A DNA stretch of 64,000 bases from an uncultured bacterium. GTDB lineage: Bacteria > Omnitrophota > Omnitrophia > Omnitrophales > Aquincolibacteriaceae. The notes below the pieces were generated by a model. It was not told the DNA's origin, searched no databases, and worked only from the letters and a program-made list of their open reading frames with translations. The DNA lies in the NCBI GenBank assembly GCA_964606385.1, contig CAZSFZ010000001.1, forward strand, positions 3,519 through 67,518. The letters run 5' to 3'. Numbering within the stretch: the first letter of the stretch is position 1; each line of letters starts with the position of its first letter. The translations under genes were made by a program, and so were the position numbers. Shown piece by piece: positions 39,801-51,800 of this stretch.

Positions 39801-42800
39801 CCCAGTTCACGCCGCCCCGCGAAAGCGCATCAATGCCGGCCCAGTTGACGCCGGCCCTGGACATCGTCCCCATATCCAGCCAGTTCACGCCCGCCTTGGA
39901 AAGGGCATCGATGCCGGACCAATTCACGCCTCCCCGAGACAGCGCGTCAATGCCGGACCAATTCACACCCGCTTTAGAGAGCACGCCCATATCGAGCCAG
40001 TTCACGCCCGCCCGCGACATCACATTAAAATCGGACCAGTTCACGCCGGTTCTCGAAAGCACATTCAAGTCCGCCCAATTCACGCTTGCGCTGGTGAGCA
40101 CGCTCATGTCAAGCCAATTGATCCCGGCCTTCGACATAATATTGAGATCCGACCAGTTCACGCCGCCTTTGGAGAGCGCGTCGATGCCGCTCCAATTCAC
40201 ACCGGCTTTGGACAGCACTCCCATGTCGAGCCAGTTCACGCCCGCGCGGGTCATGACATTCATATCCGACCAATTAACTCCCGTTCGCGTCAGAATATTC
40301 ATGTCGGACCAGTTGACACCCGCCTTCGACATCACTCCCATATCCGCCCAGTTGACACCCGCTCTGGAGAACACGTTCAGATCGGCCCAGTTGACACCCG
40401 CCTTCGAAAGCACATCAATGCCCGCCCAGTTGACGCCCGCCTTGGAGAGAACTCCCATATCAAGCCAATTTACACCCGCGCGTGACATCACATTAAAATC
40501 GGACCAATTCACGCCGGTTCTCGAAAGCACATTCAGATCCGACCAGTTCACCCCGGCGCGCGACATAACATTCATATCGGACCAGTTGACGCCCGCTTTC
40601 GACATCACATCCAGATCCGACCAGTTCACACTCGCGCGGGATAAAGCGTCGATCCCGCTCCAGTTCACCCCGCCCACGGAAAGCGCCTGGATCCCGTCCC
40701 AGTTCACACCCGCCCGCGACATCACATTAAGCCCGGACCAATTCACTCCCGCTTTGGAAAGAACGTCGAAATCGGCCCAATTGACGCCGGCCTTGGACAT
40801 CGTTCCCATATCCAGCCAGTTCACACCCGCGCGGGACATCACGTTCAGATCCGACCAGTTCACACCTGTTCTCGAAAGCACATTCAGATCCGACCAGTTC
40901 ACGGCCGCTTTCGACATGGCGCTCATATCCAGCCAGTTCACCCCGGCCCTGGACATCACATTCATATCGGACCAGTTCACGCCGCCTTTCGAGAGCGCGT
41001 CGATCCCCGACCAATTGACGCCCGCCTTCGAGAGTACGCCCATATCCGACCAATTGACTCCCGCCCGGGACATCACGTTCATATCCATCCAGTTCACGCC
41101 TGCTTTCGAAAGAACATCCATCCCGCTCCAGTTCACGCCAGCCTTCGAAAGCACGCCCATGTCGAGCCAGTTCACGCCCGCGCGAGACATCACGTTCAGA
41201 TCCGACCAATTAATACCGGTTCGTGAGAGCGCGTTCCAATCCTCCCAATTCACCGCGGCCCGGGATAACACTCCCATATCCGCCCAATTCACGCCCGCGC
41301 GCGTCAACACGTTCATATCCGTCCAATTCACACCGGCCTTAGAGAGAACATCCATACCGCTCCAGTTCACACCTGCCTTCGAAAGCACGCCCATATCCGC
41401 CCAATTGACTCCGGCTTTCGACATCACGTTGAGATCCGCCCAGTTCACGCCGGCTTTCGAAAGCACGTCGATCCCCGACCAGTTCACTCCGGCCTTGGAA
41501 AGCGTCCCCATGTCCGCCCAGTTCACGCCCGCCCGCGACATCACATTAAAATCGGACCAGTTCACCCCCGTCCGCGAAAGCACATCAAGATCCGACCAGT
41601 TCACGCCCGCCTTCGACATCACTCCCATGTCCAGCCAGTTCACGCCCGCGCGGGAGAGCGCGTCGATCCCACTCCAGTTCACGCCTCCTAATGAAAGCGC
41701 CTGGATCCCGTTCCAGTTCACGCCCGCTTTTGATAGCACGCCCATGTCGAGCCAGTTCACGCCCGCACGCGACATCACATTAAAATCGGACCAGTTCACG
41801 CCCGTTCGCGAAAGCACATTGAGATCGGACCAATTCACTCCCGCTTTTGACATCACTCCCATATCCGCCCAGTTCACACCAGCCTTCGACATCACATTCA
41901 GATCCGTCCAGTTCACGCCGGCCTTCGAAAGCACGTCGATCCCCGACCAGTTCACGCCGCCCACGGACAACGCCTGCAGGCCGCTCCAGTTCACGCCCGC
42001 TTTCGACATAATATTAAGATCGGCCCAATTCACACCGCCTTTGGAAAGCGCATCAATGCCGGACCAATTTACACCAGCCTTGGAGAGCACTCCCATGTCG
42101 AGCCAGTTCACCCCGGCCCTGGACATCACATTCAGATCCGCCCAATTCACGCCTGTCCGCGTCAGCACATTCAGATCCGACCAGTTGACGCCGGCTTTCG
42201 ACATCGCTCCCATATCCAGCCAGTTCACGCCCGCTTTCGACATAATATTGAGATCTGCCCAGTTCACACCGCCTTTGGAAAGCGCGTCAATGCCGGACCA
42301 ATTCACGCCCGCTTTGGAGAGCACTCCCATATCGAGCCAGTTCACGCCCGCGCGAGACATGACATTCATATCCGACCAGTTCACCCCGGCGCGCGTCAGG
42401 GCATTGAAATCCGACCAGTTAACGGCCGCTTGGGACATGGCGCTCATGTCCGCCCAGTTCACTCCGGCCCTGGACATCACATTCAGATCCGACCAGTTCA
42501 CGCCGCCTTTCGAGAGCGCGTCGATCCCCGACCAGTTCACCCCGGCCTTAGAAAGCACTCCCATATCCGACCAATTCACGCCGGCCTTCGACATCACATT
42601 AAGGTCCGACCAGTTCACGCCTGCACGCGTCAGCACATTCATATCCGACCAATTCACGCCCGCTTTCGAGAGAACATTGAAGTCGGACCAATTCACACCC
42701 GCCCGCGACATCACGTTCATATCGGACCAGTTGATGCCCGCCTTCGACATCACATCGATACCGGCCCAGTTGACGCCGCCCACGGAAAGCGCCTGCAATC

Positions 42801-45800
42801 CGTTCCAGTTCACGCCCGCCTTCGACATCACGTTGAAATCCGCCCAATTCACTCCCGACTTCGAAAGCACGTCGATCCCCGACCAGTTCACTCCGGCCTT
42901 GGAAAGCGTCCCCATGTCCGCCCAGTTCACGCCCGCCCGCGACATCACATTAAAATCGGACCAGTTCACCCCCGTCCGCGAAAGCACATCAAGATCCGAC
43001 CAGTTCACGCCCGCCTTCGACATCACTCCCATGTCCAGCCAGTTCACGCCCGCGCGGGAGAGCGCGTCGATCCCACTCCAGTTCACGCCTCCTAATGAAA
43101 GCGCCTGGATCCCGTTCCAGTTCACGCCCGCTTTTGATAGCACGCCCATGTCGAGCCAGTTCACGCCCGCACGCGACATCACATTAAAATCGGACCAGTT
43201 CACGCCCGTTCGCGAAAGCACATTGAGATCGGACCAATTCACTCCCGCTTTTGACATCACTCCCATATCCGCCCAGTTCACACCAGCCTTCGACATCACA
43301 TTCAGATCCGTCCAGTTCACGCCGGCCTTCGAAAGCACGTCGATCCCCGACCAGTTCACGCCCGCCTTGGAAAGCGCTCCAAGGTCAAGCCAGTTCACTC
43401 CGGCCTTGGACATCACGTTCATGTCCGCCCAGTTCACACCCGTGCGCGAAAGAACATTCATATCCGCCCAGTTCACACCGGCCTTTGAAAGAACGTCGAT
43501 CCCCGACCAGTTCACGCCGGTCCTGGAAAGAACATTCATATCCGCCCAATTGACTCCCGACCTTGAGAGCGCGTCAATGCCGCTCCAGTTCACGCCCGCC
43601 TTGGAAAGAACGTTCATGTCCGCCCAGTTCACGCCCGCGCGCGTCATGACGTTAAGATCCGACCAGTTGACCCCTGCGAGCGTTAAGGCATTCATATCCG
43701 CCCAGTTCACACCTGTTTTTGAGAGGACATTCAAGTCCGCCCAATTCACGCCCGCGCGAGACATCACATTAAAATCAGACCAATTGATACCCGCTTTCGA
43801 AAGCACGTCGATCCCCGACCAATTGACTCCCGCTTTGGAGAGCACTCCCATATCCAGCCAGTTCACACCCGCGGTTGAAAGCGCGTTCAGCCCCGACCAA
43901 TTCACGCCGGTTCGAGAAAGCACATTCAGGTCCGACCAGTTCACACCCGCTTTCGACATCGCCCCAAGATCAAGCCAGTTGGTCCCGGCCTTGGACATTA
44001 CGTTAAGGTCCGACCAATTCACGCCTCCGACCGAAAGCGCCTGGATCCCGTCCCAGTTCACTCCCGCTTTCGAAAGCGTTCCCATATCCGACCAATTCAC
44101 GCCGGCCTTAGACATCACATTCATATCCGCCCAATTGACGCCGGTGCGCGTCAGCACATTCATATCCGTCCAGTTAATACCGGCTTTGGACAACACATCG
44201 ATCCCGCTCCAGTTCACGCCGGCACGCGACATCACATTCATGTCGGACCAATTCACGCCCGCCTTCGAAAGCACATCGAGACCATTCCAATTGACCCCCA
44301 TCCGGGACAATACGTTCATATCAGACCAATTCACGCCGGCACGCGACATGACATTCAGATCCGTCCAGTTCACACCCGCCCGGGTTAAAACATTCATATC
44401 CGACCAGTTCACACCCGCTTTGGACATGGCTCCCATATCCAGCCAGTTCACGCCCGCTTTTGACATAATATTGAGGTCGGACCAGTTCACACCCGCCTTC
44501 GAGAGCACATCAATTCCCGACCAGTTCACACCCGCTTTCGACAAAACGCCCATATCCGACCAATTCACGCCGGCTTTGGACATCACATTCATATCCGCCC
44601 AATTGACGCCGGTGCGCGTCAGCACATTCATATCCGTCCAGTTAACACCCGCCTTTGAGAGCACATCGATGCCCGTCCAGTTCACACCGGCAAGCGACAT
44701 CACATTCAGATCCGTCCAATTCACGCCCGTACGCGTCAGAACATTCATGTCGGACCAGTTCACACCAGCCTTGGACATCACGCCCATATCCGACCAGTTC
44801 ACGCCGGCACGCGTCATCACGTTGAGATCCGCCCAGTTCACGCCCGTGCGCGTCAGAACATTCATGTCAGACCAATTCACACCGGTTTTTGAAAGCACGT
44901 TAAGATCGGACCAATTGACACCCGCTTTCGACATCACATTGAGGTCCGACCAATTGACGCCTCCGACCGAAAGCGCCTGGATCCCGCTCCAGTTCACGCC
45001 CGCTTTCGAAAAAACGTCCAGATCCGACCAGTTCACACCCGCGCGCGACATCGCCTGCAGATCCGCCCAGTTGACCCCCGTACGAGACAGAACATTAAGA
45101 TCCGACCAATTCACACCCGCCTTCGAGAGCACATCGATCCCCGACCAGTTCACGCCCGCTTTCGAAAGCACGTTCATATCCGCCCAGTTCACACCCGCTT
45201 TCGAGAGCACATCGATCCCCGACCAGTTCACACCCGCCTTTGAAAGCACGCCCATATCCAGCCAGTTAACCCCGGCCTTGGACATCACGTTGAGATCCGA
45301 CCAATTCACACCTGTGCGCGAAAGCACATTCAGGTCCGTCCAGTTCACACCGCTTCGCGACAGCACATCGATGCCGCTCCAGTTCACGCCGGCCTTCGAC
45401 ATCACGTTCATGTCCGCCCAATTCACACCGCTTCGGGATAACGCGTCCATCCCGCTCCAATTCACACCGGCTTTCGAAAGCACTCCCATATCCGCCCAGT
45501 TCACGCCGGCCTTTGACATCACGTTCAGATCGGTCCAGTTCACGCCCGCTTTGGAAAGCACATCGATCCCCGACCAATTCACGCCCGCTTTGGAAAGAAC
45601 GTCCATATCCGCCCAGTTCACCCCAGCACGGGACATCACATTCAGATCCGCCCAGTTGACTCCCGTGCGAGAAAGAACATTAAGGTCCGCCCAGTTCACC
45701 CCGCTTCGCGACAACGCGTCGATCCCGGTCCAATTCACGCCGGCTTTCGACATCACATTCAGATCCGCCCAGTTCACGCCGCTTCGTGACAGCGCATCGA

Positions 45801-48800
45801 CCCCGCTCCAGTTCACACCCGCTTTCGACAGCACGCCCATGTCCAGCCAGTTCACTCCGGCCTTCGACATCACATTCAGATCCGACCAGTTGATCCCCGT
45901 TCTCGAAAGAACGTTCATGTCGGACCAATTCACGCCGGCTTTCGAGAGCACATCGATCCCCGACCAGTTCACGCCGGCGCGCGACATCACGTTGAGATCC
46001 GTCCAATTCACTCCAGCCTTTGAAAAGACGTCGATCCCGCTCCAGTTGAGACCCGCCTTGGAAAACACGCTCAGATCCGACCAATTCACACCCGCACGCG
46101 AGAGCGCGTTCAGATCCGCCCAGTTCACACCGGCTTTCGAGAGCACATCGAGATCCGCCCAATTCACACCGCTACGGGAGAGAGCATCGAGTCCGGTCCA
46201 GTTGACGCCGGCGCGTGACATCACCTGAAGGTCCGTCCAGTTCACGCCCGTACGCGTAAGCACGTTCATATCCGACCAGTTCACCCCCGCCTTCGAGAGC
46301 ACGCCCATATCGGCCCAATTCACGCCGGCCTTGGACATCACATTGAGATCCGTCCAGTTTACGCCCGTTTTCGAGAGCACATCGATCCCCGACCAGTTCA
46401 CCCCCGCCTTCGAAAGCGTTCCCATGTCCAGCCAGTTCACACCCGCCTTGGACATCACGTTGAGATCCGACCAATTGACCCCTGCGCGCGTCAGCACATT
46501 CATGTCGGACCAGTTGATCGCGGCTTTTGAGAAAACCTCGAGATCAAGCCAATTCACCCCCGCTCGGGACATAGCGTTAAGATCCGCCCAGTTCACGCCC
46601 GTCTTGGAAAGCACATCCAGGTCGGACCAATTGACGCCCGCGGCCGCAAGCGCCTGGATCCCGCCCCAATTGATCCCGGCACGCGACATAACATTGAGAC
46701 CGGACCAATTGAGGCCGGCACGGCTCAAAGCGTTCATGTCCGCCCAGTTCACACCCGCGCGACTCATCACGTTCATATCCGCCCAGTTCAGGCCCGCCTT
46801 GGACAAGGTTCCGATATCGATCCAGTTCACGCCCGCTTTCGACATGACGTTGAGATCCGCCCAGTTCACGCCGGCTTTCGAAAGCACGTCGATCCCGCTC
46901 CAATTGACTCCGGCCTTCGACAGCACGCCCATATCCAGCCAGTTCACACCCGCCTTGGAAAGCGCGTCCATGCCGCTCCAGTTCACACCGGTCCTTGAAA
47001 GTACGTTCATGTCGGACCAGTTCACTCCGGCTTTCGACATCGCCCCCATATCCAGCCAATTCACGCCCGCACGGGTCATGACATTCAGATCGGTCCAGTT
47101 CACGCCGGTTTTGGAAAGCACGTCCAGATCCGACCAATTCACGCCGGCCTTGGACAGGGCCCCCATATCCAGCCAGTTCACGCCCGCTTTTGAGAGGGCA
47201 TCGATCCCCGTCCAATTCACGCCCGTTTTCGAAAGAACGTTCAGGTCCGCCCAATTCACGCCCGTTCTCGACATCACATTAAGATCGGTCCAGTTCACGC
47301 CCGTGCGCGTCAGCACATTCAGATCCGTCCAATTCACGCCGGCTTTGGAAAGAACATCCATCCCGCTCCAGTTCACGCCGGCCTTCGACAGAACATTAAA
47401 ATCCGTCCAGTTCACGCCGCCGCGCGAAAGCGCGTCGATCCCGGTCCAGTTCACCCCGGCTGCGGAAAGCGCCCCCATATCCAACCAGTTCACGCCCGCT
47501 TTCGTCATCACGTTCATATCGGACCAATTAATGCCCGCGCGCGTCAGCACATTCAGATCCGTCCAATTCACACCCGCTTTAAAGAGAACGTCCATCCCGG
47601 TCCAGTTCACGCCGGCCCGCGACATCGCCTGGAGGTCTGTCCAGTTCACGCCCGTTTTGGAAAGCACGTTCAAGTCCGCCCAATTCACGCCCGATTTCGA
47701 CAAAATATCGATCCCGCTCCAGTTCACACCGGCTTTCGACAGCACACCCATATCCAGCCAGTTGATGCCGGTCTTCAGCATAACATTAAGATCGGTCCAG
47801 TTGAGTCCCGCGCGGGTCAGAACATTGAGGTCCGACCAGTTGACCGCGGCCGTCGAGAGCGCGTTGAGGTCCTGCCAATTGACCCCCGCTTTCGAAAGTA
47901 CGTTCAGATCTGACCAGTTGACGCCGCTCCGTGACAACGCATCCATTCCGCTCCAGTTCACACCCGCCGCCGCGAGCGCCTGCATGCCGCTCCAGTTCAC
48001 GCCGCTTCGCGAGAGCGCGTCAATGCCCGTCCAGTTCATCCCGGCTTTCGACAGCACGCCGATATCCGACCAGTTGATCCCCGTTTTTGTGATCACCTGA
48101 AGGTCCGTCCAATTAACACCCGTTCTTGAGAGCACGTTCAGATCCTCCCAATTCACCCCCGCTTTCGATAACACATCGATGCCAGACCAATTCACGCCGG
48201 CTTTGGACAAGGCCCCCATATCCAGCCAGTTCACGCCGGCCCTGGACATCGTCTGAAGGTCTGTCCAGTTGACACCCGTCTTCGAGAGCACGTTCAGATC
48301 CGTCCAGTTCACACCGGCCTTCGACATCGCGCCTACGTCCAGCCAGTTCACGCCCGCTTTCGAGAGGACATTCAGATCCGTCCAGTTCACGCCGCCTCGC
48401 GAGAGCGCGTCGATGCCAGACCAGTTCACGCCCGCTTTGGACATCACCTGAAGATCCGTCCAGTTTAAATTCGCCCGGCTCAAGACGTTGAGATCAGACC
48501 AGTTCACGCCAGCCTTGGAAAGAACATTGAAATCCGTCCAGTTGATCCCGGCCTTGGACATGGTCCCCATCACGGACCAATTCACGCCGGCCTTGGACAT
48601 CACATTGAGATCGGCCCAGTTCACGCCGGCCGCGGAAAGCATCCCCACATCCAGCCAGTTCACGCCAGCCCTGGAAAGAACATTGATCCCCGTCCAGTTC
48701 ACCCCGGCTTTGGACATCACGTTCAAGTCCGTCCAGTTCACCCCCGCTTCCGAAAGAGCATCCACGCCGCTCCAATTCACACCCGCTTTGGAAAGCGCTC

Positions 48801-51800
48801 CCACGTCCGTCCAATTCACCCCAGCCTTGGACATAGCATCGATCCCGCTCCAGTTCACGCCGGCCACCGCAAGCGCCTGGATCCCGGCCCAGTTCACGCC
48901 TCCCCGGGACAGCGCATTGATCCCGGTCCAGTTGATCCCGGCCTTGGACAGCACGTTGAGGTCGGCCCAATTCACTTCAGATTTGGAGAGCGCGTCGATC
49001 CCGACCCAGTTGACCCCGGCCTTGGACAGTACATTAATGTCCGTCCAGTTCACGCCGGCCGCCGAAAGCGCCTGCACCCCGCTCCAATTAACGCCTGCCC
49101 TTGAGAGAACATCGATCCCGATCCAATTCACACCGGCCCTTGAAAGAGCCTGGATCCCGCTCCAGTTCACGCCGCTACGCGACAGGGCCTCGATCCCGCT
49201 CCAGTTCACGCCGGCCTTGGACAGTACGTTAATATCCGTCCAGTTCACGCCGGCCCGCGAGAGGGCGTTCATGCCGCTCCAGTTCACACCTTGTTTGGAA
49301 AGCACTTCCATGTCCAGCCAGTTCACCCCGGCGGTCGAAAACGCCTGGATCCCGGTCCAGTTGACACCGGCTTTTGAGAAAACATTAAGGTCGGTCCAGT
49401 TCACGCCCGCTTTCGAAAGCACATCGATCCCTGTCCAATTCACACCTTGATTGGAAAGAACGCCCATATCGGTCCAGTTGATCCCGGCTCTGGAAAGAGC
49501 ATCCATGCCGCTCCAGTTGATCCCGATCCGTGAAAGAACGTTAAGGTCCGACCAGTTCACGCCCGATTTGGAAAGCGCATCCACCCCGCTCCAGTTGATC
49601 CCAGCCCGTGAAAAAACATTCAGATCCGTCCAGTTCACACCCGCTTTCGAAAGGGCATCGAGGCCGCTCCAGTTCATGCCCGCTTTGGAAAGAGCGCCGA
49701 TATCCAGCCAGTTCACGCCCGCCGCCGAAAGCGCTTGGATCCCGCTCCAGTTCACGCCGGTTCTGGAAAGAACATTAAGGTCCTGCCAGTTAAGACCCGT
49801 TTTGGAAAGCAATCCGAAATCGACCCAGTTCACGCCCGCGGCCGCGAGAGCCTGCATGCCGTTCCAGTTCACGCCGGTTTTGGACAGAACACCCATATCC
49901 AGCCAGTTCACACCGGCCCTCGACATCACATCGATGCCCGTCCAGTTAACGCCGGCTTGCGAAAGGGCGTTGATGTCGCTCCAGTTCACATTGGCCCGCG
50001 ACAAAACCTGAAGATCCGTCCAGTTCACGCCCGCCCTGGAGATCACATCCACGCCGCTCCAATTGACGCCGGCCTTGGACAAGGCTCCGATATCCAGCCA
50101 GTTCATACCGGCCCGCGACATCACGTTAAGGTCGGCCCAGTTGATCCCCGTCACGGAAAGGTTTTGAAGATCGGACCAGTTGATCCCCGCTTTGGAGAGA
50201 ACGTTCAGGTCGATCCAGTTCACGCCGGCCTTGGAAAGAACATCCATACCGTTCCAGTTCACCCCTGCTTTCGACATCACATCAATGCCCGTCCAGTTCA
50301 CGCCCGCTTTGGAGAGCGCGTCGATCCCGGTCCAGTTGACGCCCATGCGTGAGATCACCTGAAGGTCCGTCCAATTCACACCGGCCCGGGAAAGCACATT
50401 GAGATCGGTCCAGTTGACGCCGGCCTTGGAAAGAGCGTCCATCCCGCTCCAGTTCACACCCGCCCGGGAGAGCGCGTTAAGATCCGACCAGTTGACACCC
50501 GTACGCGAAAGAACGTTCAGGTCTTCCCAATTGACCCCTGCCTTCGAAAGCACATTAAGGTCGGTCCAGTTCACTTGACTTGCCGCTAGCGCCTGCATTC
50601 CGGACCAGTTGACACCCGCCGCGGAAAGCAGATCAAGATCGGACCAGTTCACACCCGCTTTCGAGAGCACGCCGAAATCGGACCAGTTCACGCCGGCTTT
50701 GGAGAGCACGCCGAAATCAGTCCAGTTCACACCGCTCACCGAAAGCGCGTTCAGGCCGTCCCAGTTCACGTTCGCCGTGCTCATGACGCGCATGTCGGTC
50801 CAGTTCACATTCGCTTTGGTCAGCGCCGCGAGATTGTCCCAGTTGATGGTCTCCGACCAGTTGACCTTGGCGCCGGTCATCTTGGCGAAGTCATCCCAGT
50901 TCGCGCCTGCCCGCGACATCCGCTGGATATCCGCCCAGTTGACGCCGGCCTGCGCCATCACCTGAAGATCCGTCCAGTTGATCCCGATACCCGCCATCTT
51001 GCCCACGTCCAGCCAGTTCACGCCGCTCGCCGAAAGCGCCTGAATCCCGGACCAATTGACGCCGCCCACCGAAAGGGCTTCGATGCCGCTCCAATTGACG
51101 TTGGCTTTACTCAACTTGGAAAGATCGGACCAGTTCACCCCCACCGCCGACAAAGCACCGATATCCTCCCAGTTGATCCCGGCCTTCGCCAAGCGCCCGA
51201 TATCGCTCCAATTAACTCCGGACGTCGTCAGTTGCGCAAGGTCCTGGAAATTGATATTTGAAGTGCTGAACTGCATGATCTCCGACCAGCGGATCCCGGC
51301 ACGCGTAAGCGTACGGACGTCCTCCCAGTTCATGCCTTTCGAGGACATTTCGGCAAGATCATTCCAGTTAACACGCGCCTCCGACATAATCTTCAAATCG
51401 TCCCAGTTCGCTTTGGCGACCGCGATCAAAATATCCCCTGTCCGTTTGTAAAGGGTCTCGGCTGAATTCGCCCCAACCGCCGTCTTGATCGCCTGAATAT
51501 CGTCCCAGTTCATCAGATCGGTCTTGGCTTTGATGTCGGTGGTTTTGGTGTCGATGCTGCCTAAAGTAGAAACCGCGCCGGCGATGCCGCCCTGGATCGC
51601 CGTGTTGTAGGCAAATCGCGAGGAATAATCATTCCCTTTATAAGTGATGGTGACATCGGCCACGTAAGTATCGGAATTGGTGGGGGGCGTCCAGGATTGG
51701 CGGAACACGCTGTTATTCTTGATCGTTGCAGCGCCGGGAGCCGTAACCGCATCCCAGTTTTTATCATAGACGGTGATGGAGATATGCCCGGATGAAAAAC

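Noticed and set aside
31340-51451. Very long plus-strand ORFs antisense to the giant gene (e.g. 38648..46228, 2,526 aa 'QFTPA...'; 34079..37999; 31340..33286) and many shorter minus-strand off-frame ORFs
   Set aside because: These are shadow ORFs created by the stop-poor 39-nt repeat. The translations are low-complexity mirror images (QFTPA.../HxxxRPVH...). The minus-strand frame encoding GVNW is continuous with a signal peptide and coupled start. Only that frame is credible.
31345-51510. Regular 39-nt periodicity could superficially suggest a CRISPR array
   Set aside because: There is no alternation of conserved repeats with unique spacers. The whole array is one continuous coding frame of diverged units. 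There are no cas genes.
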